A stretch of DNA of 64,000 nucleotides, from positions 56,730,001 to 56,794,000 of the forward strand of contig CM060731.1 in NCBI GenBank assembly GCA_030704615.1, in the 5' to 3' direction. This document shows, in pieces, positions 46,045 to 58,700 of the stretch (position 1 is the stretch's first letter; each line of letters begins with the position of its first letter). Under the pieces are notes generated by a model, which had not been told where the DNA came from, made no database searches, and was given only the letters and a program-made list of their open reading frames with translations. This stretch comes from Takakia lepidozioides (taxonomy: Eukaryota > Plantae > Bryophyta). The position numbers and the translations under genes were made by a program.

Positions 46045-47408
46045 ATGGCTATGGCCGCGCAGGGGGGGACTGCAGATCCATCTCGCACCTGCAAACGAGT
46101 TACTGTGGTGGTGTGCGCCATAGCCAATCTGGGAGTCACTCTCTACGTGCTGCACGTTTTGCTGGCCACGGCTCTGGAGCCTCCAACATCCGCAACCTCC
46201 AGTTTGTTAGTGAATTATGTGAGAAGCTGGCGCCCGTATGGATTCCAGGTGAAGAATCTTGCAAAGATGCAAGAGATCAGAACTAAGGAGGCCAACTACT
46301 TTCGGCTTAGATCTCAACCTGTTGAGCTGATCCGACGAGTGAATGAGATCCGACTTGAGGTGGCAATGGACGCTACAAGCAACTCGAAGCAAGCTGGGCA
46401 ACAGGTTGGGCTTCTGTCATAATCCGAAATTTGAATACGCCTTCCAGTTTTGTTTGACGGTTTGGATAAATCTCGATTAGTTCTAGCACTCCTCCGGCAG
46501 GGGGAACTGGATCAAGGGGCAAGCTGTTAAGGGGTATGCCCATTTGGTCACCGGTGGAGTTAGAGGATGTCAAATTGGTGCTCACACACTGTCCGACTCA
46601 GTGGGTTGGTGAATCCTTAGAACATAGGAACGTTAGAAGCAAGTCCGCCGTACATCGGATTTCAGAATTCAGACCAACCTCAATCCAACATATAAATTTT
46701 CTTAATCAATTTTTTGGATCAAATGATAGTTATATGCACGATGGTTTCAATTCGCTCCAAAATTGAGGGGAGCAGCATACAGGAAAGAACTGCAAGAAGT
46801 TGCCCCATAGATGTGTAATCTAATACTCTGGTGCATGTTATGTTGAACCGGTTCTGGCTCTGATGGATGAAGGACTTGCAAACGAAACCTCATGGGAAGA
46901 AAGTAGTCTGATCATAATGGAGTGGCAGGATCCATCGAAGCCAGGAGAGAGAACAGAACAGGAGGAATTTCTAGAAGTCGGATTGTCCCAGCAGCAGGTT
47001 CTTGACACTGGGGAGCAACTAGGAACACCAGCAGTGGAAGACGACGAACTCGGCATGATTGAGAGGCTACTGCCTCCTGAGTGTCACCCAGAAACCAACA
47101 CAGATTTTGGTGGAGTAGCAGTGCGATGGGGCCTAACGTATCACACACTAACAGCGGCCGAGTGCTGTAAAGCCTGTTTGAAGCAAGCGGGAGCTGCTAA
47201 GCCAGGGCAGCTCAAATGCAATGTTTGGGTTTTTTGCCCGGACGAGAAGGGCTGCGTTTCGCCGGACGCTTACGAGCACAGGTTTGGTGAGTGCTGGCTG
47301 AAGCAGGCTGATCAACCCCTTGCATCAGTGAAAGAGTATTACCTCAAACGAACCACTCCCTCACCTCCCTTACCGGTGTTGTGGGTCTCGGGTGTCACCA
47401 GTGCGTGA
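46045..47408 (+). CDS. Host gene: type II membrane-anchored plant protein with C-terminal Apple/PAN-like Cys-rich domain (At4g33380-like family); predicted exons 46045-46404 and 46929-47408 (~279 aa)
   Basis: N-terminal hydrophobic anchor (VTVVVCAIANLGVTLYVLHVLL), IR..R.QPVEL motif, then LPPECH..TDFGGVAVRWGL..AAECCKAC..KCNVWVFCP..GC.SPD..EH...ECWLK..WVSGV; phase-0 GT at 46405 and AG at 46927-46928. Family assignment from recall, splice sites inferred. Confidence 0.8.
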
Positions 47409-49241
47409 AGGACCGCTGTTTTCGTGCCTGCAGCGGGCTCCTCAGATCTTCATCTGCCAATTTTGTAGCTTTGGTTCAGTTAGTGCTTGAAAGGATTTGC
47501 TATCTGCACCCCTACCAGAAGGACCCTGTTAGGGAAACAGAGGAGGATGAACTTGTAGATTGGGAGAGAGATCCCCTTTCCATTAGAGAGAGATATACAC
47601 AGATATCGATGAAGGGTCTGTGAAGATTAGGCTTCTTTTACTTGGCTAAAGGGGAGGGCCTTTTAAGATGAGCTTGAGTGGCAGTTTTGTCAGCTTTATA
47701 CATTCGACCCTCGCGAAGTTCAGAAACCATTATGTCTAGTACAATAACCACAGGACTGTGGGTGATCACCCACATGACAGATCCATGTGGCCAGCTGTCT
47801 TACCTTGGGGGCTACTGCCAAGTGATCAGGCACTGGCATCTTAAATACAGGTATAGGTAGTGTTACTCGTCATCTGAATATGGTATTGTGGAGGGGGTGA
47901 GGTGAGGTAATCCTTACAGTACCAGGTGGTGAGGGATCAGGCCAGTGGATGGAGAGAGAGAAAGAGGGAAGAGCACAACCATTTCCTTTCTCTTTTGTGC
48001 ATAGCCACAGCTGCAGCTCAATGCACATAGATGCTTTGAGATCTTGTCTTTATGCATCAAGGGCTGAATTTGATGGGTAAGTTGAGTGTGTGTGAGGGAG
48101 AAGAACTTGTGATCTTAGTATTATGGACAAATGAAACTGGGTCATCGTTGACCAAGAAAGAGCACTAAACAACAAACAGACTCGCGGACTAGTTAGCAAC
48201 AAGTGTCAGGTCGACTATCCTTTGCCATAGCCTTCATATCATACTCTTGATGCTGAGTGTAGAGAGGAGATACGGAGATGGAGATGAGGGGTATGCCTGA
48301 CAATGCAACGATCTGTCGTGCTGGTGGATATGACTCGCAAAGTACCAGAATTCGTTTCATGAGTGAGGTGTAATATAAACTAGAGTTCTCAGCTATTTGT
48401 ATCATGAAACTCAAAAGGCATACCACAATGCCCTTGTGTAGCTTGGCAACCCTTTGAAATCAATCTTTTTCTGCTTTGAAAGAGTGTCCAGTTGCGGGAG
48501 TGTGACCAAAAGCTTGTTCTTTAGCTGTGCAAGAGACCTGGCCGTCTACGTCTTTCTATTCAGGAGGATGTGAGTTCTTGTAATCTTGTTCTTCTCTTGA
48601 TCAATTGTATGTACAAAGGTAGCCTTTCGAGTACTTCTGTTTCTTCCTAAGATTGGGATGAGGCTTGAATCAAGCCCTGAAAAAGTCAACGCCCACCCAA
48701 GTATGCTTCTTGCTATCGTGAGTAGGAGACATGCAAATCAATTTGTGTGTTGCCTTTGATATTGCAGATTACATGTTGGTTTTCACTGAAATTCTGCGAG
48801 TTTACAGGAGCATGCTTAAGAGCTTCGATGGCTTAAATTGCCGTTTTAGAGGAGGATTATGTAGCCCAATCTGAAGTTCAACTGTTTGTTGCCGATTTTG
48901 CATCCTGAATGGGCTGTTCAAGCTCTTAACGCTCGGGAACGGGTGGGGATTGGCATATTTTGCCTCCCTGTTTGCCATCAGGCTTGCCCTCCGATTGTGG
49001 AAGGGACCGCCAAAGATAAAAAATATGGAACGCTGGGGCAGGACATCAAACCCTTGACCCTTCCCCCGTTATCGTCCTTCGATTCCCTCGTTCCCACTTG
49101 GGGTACGCCCTCTTTCCACTCGGTCTCCCGTTTCCCTCACACAACATTTAGAAGTGAACTGTCAACTGCGTACCTACAAACAGTTGAAATGCTACTCAAC
49201 AACAAAACAGTTGACACCCTCAACCTCTTCACAATTGCAAA

Positions 49242-49346
49242 AACCACAGGCGCCAGTCAATCCATCCTCACACCTCACTAGTTCCGAGAGGTTTCGAACC
49301 CGCGGCCTTTTGCGTGTAAAGCAGACATGCTAACCACTACACTACA
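49242..49346 (-). mobile_element. tRNA-Val(TAC)-derived SINE-like insert, 105 bp
   Basis: A box TAGTGTAGTGG, anticodon arm TCTGC-TTTACAC-GCAAA, B box GGTTCGAAACC, ~38-nt tail ending in Ts; 12-bp TSD CACAATTGCAAA at 49230-49241 and 49347-49358; 5' acceptor strand missing. Confidence 0.8.
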
Positions 49347-50689
49347 CACAATTGCAAATGCTAGGCATGGTTACTTAGGGCTCCGCACTACTAGTGCCAG
49401 GAACAATGTTGCTTTTGCTTAGAAATATATTTTATTCCAAAATATTCGGAACAATGTAAAAAATATGATGCAGGCATATGATTTGATTTGATGGTACTTT
49501 TGCCAGATTTAGGCGGCATGACAAACCTTGTCAAATTTTCCCCACCTTGTCTTACCCTGGACGCACTATTATTAGGTAAATACTTTAGAATGCAAGAGAT
49601 TCAATTGTTGGATACCGATGAGTAGGCCTAGCATGTTCATAAGGTGATGATGGAGATGAAGGTTTGACACTCGATTGGTGGTAATGTCGCCCTTGGCTTC
49701 TTTGGTTTGTGTCACTTCGTCACTTCCCTACATTCCTCTTAGTCCATTTTGAACTTAGCCAAATTTGGTCAAATTTCGAGACCAAGTGTGAGTTATACGT
49801 CGTGCCGTGTAACCTATTACAACCCAAATTGGAGTGTACACTCCTTCTTTGTAACCACTGCTATTCGGACTGAAATTACACTCCATTAAGTTCCATGTCA
49901 TTCTCATGAGAGCAAGTTCCATGTCATTCTCATGAGAGCGTGGGGAAAATTTATTATGTTGTCAAAGATCACACACATGCATTAACTTCATACATTAATC
50001 CTAGAGTTCTCCAATATGTAGAGCAGTTTCATTCCGGCCCTGATTCTAGAGTGGTCCAAGAATTACTGTGGCCCATGAATTAGATTGGGGCGCCTATGTA
50101 GGGAGGCCACGTGTATTAAGGAATGAGATGAGGGGGTCCAGAAAAGAAGGGAGGAATTGGCCAAATTTAGAATAGGGAGTCTTGTAAGGTTGACGTGTGT
50201 CCAGGCCTTCTAGAAGGGTCCAAGGGTCGGTGGGCTTCTAGAATGGTCCCACTGCCCGGCTACTCAGATATCAGATGGCTAGCAGAAAAGATGGGTGCAA
50301 AATCTGGCAAGTCTTTCTCGACTGGGGCATTATGCTTAGTTATTTTGTGACACTGTCAAGGAATAGATCTGTGGGGGTCAGACTGGGTCAGGTAAAAAAC
50401 TTGAAGACATTTTGTCCTCCATGAGTCAAGTAGCGGAGGGTGTTGCCACAGCAGGTGAGGTCATCGCGTTGGCTCGGAAGTATCAAGTTCAAATGCTGGT
50501 TCACTTCCTGCTTGTATTTTTGTACCGTTGTCATTGTAAAACACATTGGCTACCAACTATCAGTCTTAGGGAGGTGTGTTGATGGCGAATGTGTAAACAG
50601 ATATGTCATTTATGGATATGTCATCTACGAATACAATAGTAAGCTGGTTATGAAGCACGACGAGTGCAGGATCTTGGGACTGGCTCTGG

Positions 50690-51217
50690 AGGGACCACAA
50701 CCTGAACCATCGATTGTAGAGATCTGAGACCATTTCCTGACCATATATTATGAATCTGTCTGATGCCAAGGCAGTCCCATTTGGACCACCTTTTTGCCTG
50801 GTTTTTCTGAGAAGGGGTCAGAGGAGTGGAGTTTAGAAACGAGTGTTGTCTCTTAACTTCATAGAAGGTACTTGGCTGGGCTTTTACAAGTAGTTTCCTC
50901 AGCCGCCCCCATGCTAACCAGATGTTAGACCATACAGCAGATCCCACTGTCTTGAGGTTAAATCCTTGCGTGAGCCAACGTAGGGGAGGGCTCCATTGGG
51001 TAGTCTTGAGGGGGGAGGAGTTTGTAATGTGGTCATAGACCAAGAATTTCCACCATCCCCCCTCCGGCCCTAGAAACCTGGGTATCCATTTGTCAAGAAG
51101 GGATACAATCTGCGTTTCTGGATCGAGAATCCCCAACCCCCCCTTTTTTTTAGGTAAACAGATTTGAGCCCAGGCTACAAGCGGTCGTTTGTTTTGGGAT
51201 GAGGTCTCAGCTCCCTT
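50690..51217 (-). mobile_element. LINE ORF2 fragment downstream of RT
   Basis: KRPLVAWAQICLPKKKGGLGILDPETQIVSLLDKWIPRFL...GSAVWSNIWLAW...LGIRQIHNIW. Confidence 0.85.
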
Positions 51218-51550
51218 CGTTCAACAATATGGCTTAACGAAATGTGGTGTCGTGGAGCATGAAGCAGAGCTGGCATGAGCTTGTAAAGATCCTTGTCGAT
51301 GGTGGGACAGTCGCAGTCGCAAGGTGCTTTCTTCATGTACGTTGAGAAGAAGTTTGTCATAATTTTGAACAGTACCCTCGTGGATATGTATGCCAAATGT
51401 GGAGCCATCGAGCATGCAAAGGGAGCGGCTTAACAAAATGTGGTGTCGTGGAGCATGACGCAGAGCTGGCACGAGTTTTCTGAAGATCCTTCTCAAAGGT
51501 GGGACATGCGCAGTCGCAAGGTGTGGCTTTCATAATGTAGAAGTCTGTCA
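51218..51550 (+). pseudogene. Continuation of the tandem PPR S-motif unit seen at 18800-19228
   Basis: Near-identical sequence including the shared premature stop GGCTTAACGA. Confidence 0.8.
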
Positions 51551-52574
51551 ATGTGCGTTCTTCCTGCTAGTATCATGATTTGGTATTTCTCCTGGTCTTT
51601 ACAGGGTACTGGGAAGGTCAGCTTGGTCTTAGGAAGCTGAGTTCAAACCTATGGTTGCTCAGCTGCACCATGGTGGTTCTCCTCACAGCCCAATCCGAGA
51701 TCACCTGACTACAAACATAAGTAGCACATGCAAGAGGTCCTTTTGGGTTTAGGGCTGGTCAAGAATCCTCCATTGTTGCAAAAACATGTATGCTTTCAGG
51801 GCAGAAGGTCAAGGACAGTGTGGTGAGGGCACCTTCTTCTTCAACACATTTCAGCCGATTTTTCCATCTTATCACAGTCGCCCCTAGATTTTTCATATTG
51901 ACAAGTAGCTCGTTGGGTGGAGCTGTGATGGTGTGGAGTAAATTTGACATGTTACTGCCAATGTATCAATAGAGAAATAGCCAACAAGACGAGAAGGTCA
52001 AGGGTATCATCTTACCCTTGACAAATGGGTCAAGGACATGTATTCATCAATCACCATCACATATTGGTATTGAATTGTTATTACCCAGTCCTTCTCTTGT
52101 ACCTGCCATGCCCCTCTCCAGTCTGCTTATTCAAGCCATCTCTTTTGATGCAGGTAGCATTCTTTTGAGGTAGCAGTGAAGGAAAAGCATGAACTGGCTA
52201 ATAACGACATCCAGTTCTTCTACAAGAGTGTGTTCAGAGTACTGACATCAAGGGTGGCTCTCTGATGAGAATACCCCAGGCATTGTATCAGAGAACGGAT
52301 ATCGTCTTCAGGCCGTTGGCATTTCAGACATTTACTATCTCCTTTACCTCTCTACATCTGGTTTTGTGCAAAGATAGACTCCCCAACTTGATCATGAGTT
52401 TAAATTTCAGGTCTGGTGTCAAGGGTAGGGAGGCCCTTCAGATCATCCTCAAGGTCCTCTATGTGTGGTATCTGGTACAGGTGGACCTTGAGGCTGATCT
52501 GAAGGGCTTGATTATAGGTATCTGAAGGGCCTGATCCACCTGATTATCAGGTACGGGGAGAGGTGTACTTCAAC

Positions 52575-53835
52575 CTGACCACATCACGTTGGTTTGTGGG
52601 GGCAAAGCATGTGCGAGCATGGCAGCGGGCTGGAAAAGGGCAAAGACCTCCATGGTGACATCTTCAAAGTTGGAATTGTACCAGGTATCATTCTGAGCAC
52701 TGCCCCCGGTGGACATGTATGCCAAATGCGAGCATGCTAGCTCTGAAAAAGGGCGCAAAGTTCCATGGCACGAGATCGTCAAAGCTGGAATTGTACTAGA
52801 TGTCATTCTGAGCACTGCCATGCAGCACATGTATGCCAAATGCGAGCCTGGCAGCCCTAGAACTGGGCAAAGAGGTCCATGGTGACATCGTCAAAGCTGG
52901 AATTGTACCAGATGTGATTCTGAGCCCTGCCCTCGTGGACATGTATGCCAAATGTGAGCCTAACAGCCCTGGAAAAGAGAGCAGAGGCCATGGTGACATC
53001 GTCAAATTAGCTGGAACGTACCATATGTGATTCAGAACACAACCCTGGTGTAATGTATGCCAAATGCGAGCAGGTGGCAACCCTGGAAAAGGGCGTAGAG
53101 GTCCATGGTGACATTGTCAAAAGCTGGAACTGTACACCAAATCTGATTTTGAAACACTGCCTTGGTGACATGTATGCCAAATGTGAGTCTGACAGCTGTG
53201 GAATGGACGCACAGGTCCACGGTGATATTGTCAAAGCTGAAATGTACCAGATGTCATTCTGAACTTTGCTTTGGTGGACATCTATGCCAAATGTGAGCTT
53301 GGCAGCCCTGGAAAATGGAGCAGAGGTCCATAGTGTCAATGACAAAGCTGGAATTGTACCAGATGTCATTTGAACTATGCCTTGGCATGTATGCCCAATT
53401 CGAGCCTGGCAGCTCTGGGAAAGGGCACAGAGGTCCATCATGGTGACATCGTCAAAGCTGCAATTGTACCAGATGTCGTTCTGAACACTCTCCTGGTGGA
53501 CATTTATGCCAAATGTAGGTGCAGCAAGGATGCAAAGGGAGTGTTCGACAACATGGCTAGCTGAACAAGATGTGGTGTCTTTGGAGTACCATGATTGCAG
53601 GGTAAGCGCAACAATATGGGTGTGGGATTGATGCTTTGGAGACGTATGAGCAAATAATGTGAGAAAGGGTTGAAGCCCAACCACATCACATTTCTTTGTG
53701 TTTATAATGCGTGTGGGAGGCTGCATGCAGCTCTGGAAAAGGGCAAAGAGGTCCATGGTGACATCATCAAAGCTGGAACATTTCCAGATGTCATTCTGAA
53801 CAATACCCTCATGGACACATATGTCAAATGTGAGC
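52575..53835 (+). repeat. Tandem array of eight ~112-bp units derived from a PPR L/S motif junction, followed by S-P-L remnants
   Basis: Unit SLAALEKGKEVHGDIVKAGIVPDVILNTALVDMYAKC+1 nt; starts near 52630, 52742, 52856, 52969, 53083, 53196, 53308, 53415; many indels. Confidence 0.88.
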
Positions 53836-53859
53836 AAGATTCGGATCCATACATGATTG

Positions 53860-54975
53860 TTGCGGAGGCAGGGGTAGTTGAAGAAGCAGGAATGAGGGTG
53901 GGTAGAAATTCATGCAAGAGGCTAGGTTTCAAGCACAATATTAGCTATGATTCACTGTGGATCAATAGCTATAAGAGACCTGCATAGGTAGATGGTCATC
54001 TGGAAACAGCACCAGGGGCACAATGCACAAGATGACCACAGCTTCCAAAAGAAGACCAAGAGATGGATCCACAAAATGTTCTTTATAACGATTGGCGGGA
54101 ATGTGAGGATGCTTGATCATGTGAGGAAGGACAACTGAAAGAGGCTCTACAGACTTTACACCAAGGGAGCGTTTCATGACTGTAAATTCAAATACTTACC
54201 TGTTTCTTGCATAAGTGTGCATCAGGTCCTGGTATCTACGGACTCTGAAGCCTTCATAGCAGTAGATGATGTGCTGTGATGTGACCACCATATGAAGCTT
54301 TACAAGGTATGATTTCTCTTCTGTCATATACTCAACTAGGTGAATGGGAGGCCTCACTCCATGCAGCTGAGTTAGGGGGCATGGCAATAACATGAAACAC
54401 TTTGTGGTTTCCCTTCTTGACAAGGCTGATAATTGGTATATGGCATGTAGGTCTACACTGGAAGGTGAATGCCTGTTAGATTACAGAGAGTAGCAGACAC
54501 AATTCAGCATAGGAACTATGGATAAGCTGAGTTGGATGTTTCCTAGAACAAATCTAGGCTGTCATCATCAGCTGCAAGGCAAGGATGTATGTATGGTTTG
54601 TGCAGAGGTAGTGATAGCTGAAGGAGCAAGGATAGAGTGTGAGTCCAGATTCATCCAAGAGGTCCAGATTTCAAGCACAAGATTATCTATGATTGCCTGT
54701 GGATCAATAGCTACAAGAAACATGCGTAGATGATCAACTAAAGGTAGCTGTTGCAGCGGCACAGTTGATAAAATCAGGCACCTCAACCATGACCACAGCT
54801 TCTGAAAGGGAGGGAGTCCATAGTTATTCTTCTGTTATCAGAGTCGTCCCTAAATTTTCATGTTGAATTCTGCAAGTTAGCTCGTTGGTGGATCTATGGT
54901 GGTTTTGGAGTGATTTTGACATTAGGTGAAGGAGCAGGGATAGAGTGTGGGTCCAGAATCATCCAAGAGGGCCAT
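53860..54975 (+). repeat. Further copies of the PPR-gene 5' leader module (also at 59230-59465)
   Basis: gatagctgaaggagcagggatagagtgtgggtccagattcatccaagagggc...gatcaatagctacaagaaacctgc module shared with ~33530, 34090, 34660 and 36690. Confidence 0.8.
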
Positions 54976-55718
54976 TTTATTTGCAAGGGTTTCTTCTTTT
55001 AACTTACAAAATATAGTAGCGTTTTCTATAGATATCATCAACAGCACAAATAGGTGTTACATTTGAGTGGTTAGCTAAATAGATCTCATGTAATATTTAC
55101 AGTTGCTCACTCCTATTGGAATTTGCACTTGTTGTTGATGTGCTTATACATGTGTGCATTCATGTGTAGGACATGTGATCTTGATCTCTTGTAAGGAAGG
55201 ATGTAGAAGGTCTTGGGGCAGAAGGAGGCATGCTATGGACAACCAGGGAGGAGGAAGGTGCTCACTCTGTCACATTTTTGGATGCAGTGGGTAGTTGGGC
55301 AGCGTAGCTACGGCGTGAGCCCAGCCCCGTGAGCCTGGGAGTTGAGCTCACGTTGTAGCTGCAATGCATGAGCTGAGCTCACGCTTCAGAGAAGCGTGAG
55401 CGGCACAAATCTGCTGGAGAAGCAAGTCCTATAGGCGAGGATTGCAGGAAGAGGGCCTATTACCGTGGACAAAACAAAGGGGGCCACTATGCACCATGTT
55501 TGCAATGCTTGCACAAAAAGAGGAATATGAAAATATGGTAGATTTGAGCTCAGAATGATTGACACATTTTATTTCAATTCACAGATAGACGCTTACAATG
55601 AATGGCATGTGCATTTGCCTTGGTACCGTGAACGAAATGTATGTGTTTGTCGTAAATGCAAAGTCTTCACATGGTAACCTGGAAACCAGCATGGGAAGCG
55701 GGCATGGCTCGTATGTGT

Positions 55719-58700
55719 TCAAAGAGAATTTGGCGGAGCCCTACGTGAGGTGTCCCGTTGCAGAAGGATGATGACTTCTCCGTAGCCTAGTGTGGCTTGG
55801 TGAATGAATTGGTCTCTCTTACCGTCGCAGTACATAATTACAAGGTATATGTAATATTGATGCTTGCAGGGGACCCACTTCCCTCTCATCCCGAGAGCGC
55901 CCTCACGCATCGTTACAAAATCCGGACAAGTGCAAGTAGGGAAATTCCCCACGGTAACCTGATATTCTTTGCCATGAAGAACTGAGCCAAGAGACAGCAC
56001 TGTGTAAATTTGTCCATACCCCGAGGCAGGGACTTCGGCGATACGAGCCACCCGAGCCTGCAAAATTTTAGCCGATTCCATCTTGCATTCGCGATCTGCA
56101 CCCGAAGCGACACGGCGCACTGTTTTTCCATCTCTTTTTGTTGGGTGGGAATCGGCACCGGGTGGAGGCATTGCCGGAGCTTGTGGCACATCTGTGCCGA
56201 TAGTGCACAAGGACACCACTCGGGATCGTGCAAGACAAAACCCTCCCTCCTCCAGCATGCTTATCTCGGTTGATGACAGCGACGTCCCAAGTTTCACAGG
56301 CCAAATTACGGGAGGAGCGGGCTTCATTATCACCGAAGAACGAACTGTTCCCTTGACGCATCGTGCCATATCATCTGGGCAGAACCCGAACTTGTGGTCC
56401 TTTGACTCCCCACTATGATAAGGTCGGAACAACCCTGTGAATGTTGGAGCTAGAGTCCCCCTGGAGCCTTTGCATATTTTTTATTTGCATTTCTTGAAAG
56501 AGGGGGTCCGAATTGCCATGCAAACCACTCTAGATCCTAGTGGGTGCGTTCTATATGCCACTCACTATCAATGCAATCAGATTCATGCACCATGGCCACC
56601 ACCTCCTCCAATGGGATTCCTGCTGCTGTGCTTGCATGATCTGCACCTGCTCCACTGGAGGAGGACCCACCTGGGAAGGGGCGGGCACACGACTTAGTCT
56701 GCACTGGAGACACCTTTGGTACAGAGAAATCGACCCTGTCCGGCCGATGGGAATCTCCATCCGATCCTGGAGGAGTGTTCAATTTCCTTTTGCATGATCC
56801 AAATCTTTCCTCGCCTTCCAAATGGGGGAGCCTGGATTGCAAAGGGGAGCCTTCAGTGCACCTGTTCAGAGCTCTGGCCATCTTCGATGAGTCTCCGGAT
56901 CTACTTGCAGCCCTTAGCATCAACAAAGTCGTATCAGGGCCCTTGCCTCCACCCCGTCCCATCAGAAAATTGCGGTACATGGTTTGTTGTGTAAGTGTCC
57001 GCACCATGTCATCAGCAGTGGCCACATACAAATCACGTCCTGCTTTGGTAGACTGCTGCATCCAGGCGTTGTGAACAGTCTCCGCCAAATTACAGGATGG
57101 CATGTCGGCCAAGTCCTCCAAGGACATGTCTTGCAGGAGGCATTGCATGGAAATGTGAGGAACGAAAGGAAATGGAAGAGGTTTTGTAAGTGACAATCCA
57201 ACAACCCCAAATGAACAGGCACGATGCAAAGTGAAATTTGTGTTTCTGGGATTGAAGCCGTCGTCATGAAAGCTCCCCACTGTCTGTATCTGAAGTGCCA
57301 AAAAACCAACCAGTCCTCCAACTCCTTCAGGTGGATACCAGTAGCAGCACCAAAGGAGAACCACAAAGCCCGGATTGCTTGGTAAGTGCTCTCAGCTTCT
57401 CCCATTGAGGTGGCATTTTTGTACTTGAGGCAGAGCCTTCTGTGCTCTAACTGAAGGTCAGGGCGAATGCAGCGCTTTGTATGACGTGCCAGAGATTGAC
57501 TCCAATGGAAGAGGCATGTGCACTCCCTATTTTCCATTGGGACCTTAGGATCCCCCAAACCAAACACGCGCCGCACTGCATTGAAATTTGCCTATGCACT
57601 ATCAGCCATGAAGCCCGCAAAATTTGTGTTCTGTATTCCATTGCGCTTCATGACGGCCAGGAGCGAATTCCACATGAGCATCTGGGATTCAGTGTCCTCC
57701 GACTACATATCACAAATTGCTATGGAGAGCACACGCTGGTACGCTGGATCGTACACATGGCACGCCATGGTTGTCCAACCCTTCACCCGTTTGCAGTGAT
57801 CAAACATTAACCAACATTTTGCCAAATCTCCTCCAGGTTGCATTCAGCGGACAATGCTCACACCACTGTCTTCGCCCACTGTGGACATCTTGAACAAATA
57901 CACCTTGGACGAGCATTGGCCAGGGAAGATACTATTTTGAATGAATTCATAGCGACTCCTCCGTTTGAGGTCCATAATGTTGTCCATGAATCCAGCAGTG
58001 CCTGTGCCCATTCTAAGTGCATTCACCTGGTTTCGAATATTTGGAGAGCTCAACACGGAGAAATGGTCCATCATTGCATCAAGCGAATCTGCATCCAGCA
58101 TTGGTTGTGTCGCATCTCCTTCACCCAGTATGTGTTTTTCCAGGAATGCCTTGCTAGCTGCAACCGCTATAGCAGAAGGTGTTGCACAAGGAGCATTGTG
58201 GAACTCCTGCTTCAGCAGATTTCTAGCGATGTCAACGCTATCCCTGCAACTTCCTTTGGACACACGATGCTCGTGTGTACCCATATGAATGCAGGCACGA
58301 GTCATTGTCTTGCATCGGTGTGCCACCTGGTACATACGAGCGTGGCACACAGAAACACAGGATGGGGAAAATTTGCAAAACCTGCACACAAAAGTATTGG
58401 TCTTGGGAGGGGCAAGCCCTGGGGTGAAAGGATTTAGGGGCATACCTTCCCACTCACTTTCGTTTGGTTTAGCGTTGTTTCTCAGGCGAGGGCAAGAAAT
58501 ATTCACGCACTTGCAATGCCCAACACAAACCGACCTTCGAAATTTCAATCCAATGTCGTTGTGGATGTTCGACATTTTTGTCCTGCACCAAGGGTGTCCG
58601 TCATGTTTATTGTCCATGCCCTGCAGAAGCCCAGCTAGTCCACTGGAAGACGTGGGAGGGTTGAGCTCAAACAAGATGTCCCCATCAAACTCTGCTGGCA

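Noticed and set aside
49279-49351. Functional tRNA-Val(TAC) gene
   Set aside because: 5' acceptor strand does not pair, mismatches in anticodon and T stems, and it is flanked by a TSD.
49560-50690. Possible LTR or other TE remnant (includes a 26-bp tandem duplication at 49888-49939)
   Set aside because: Could not find paired TG..CA ends with a TSD.
33190-54975. Functional PPR gene(s)
   Set aside because: All copies are short, frameshifted or contain stops, and no E/DYW domain was seen.
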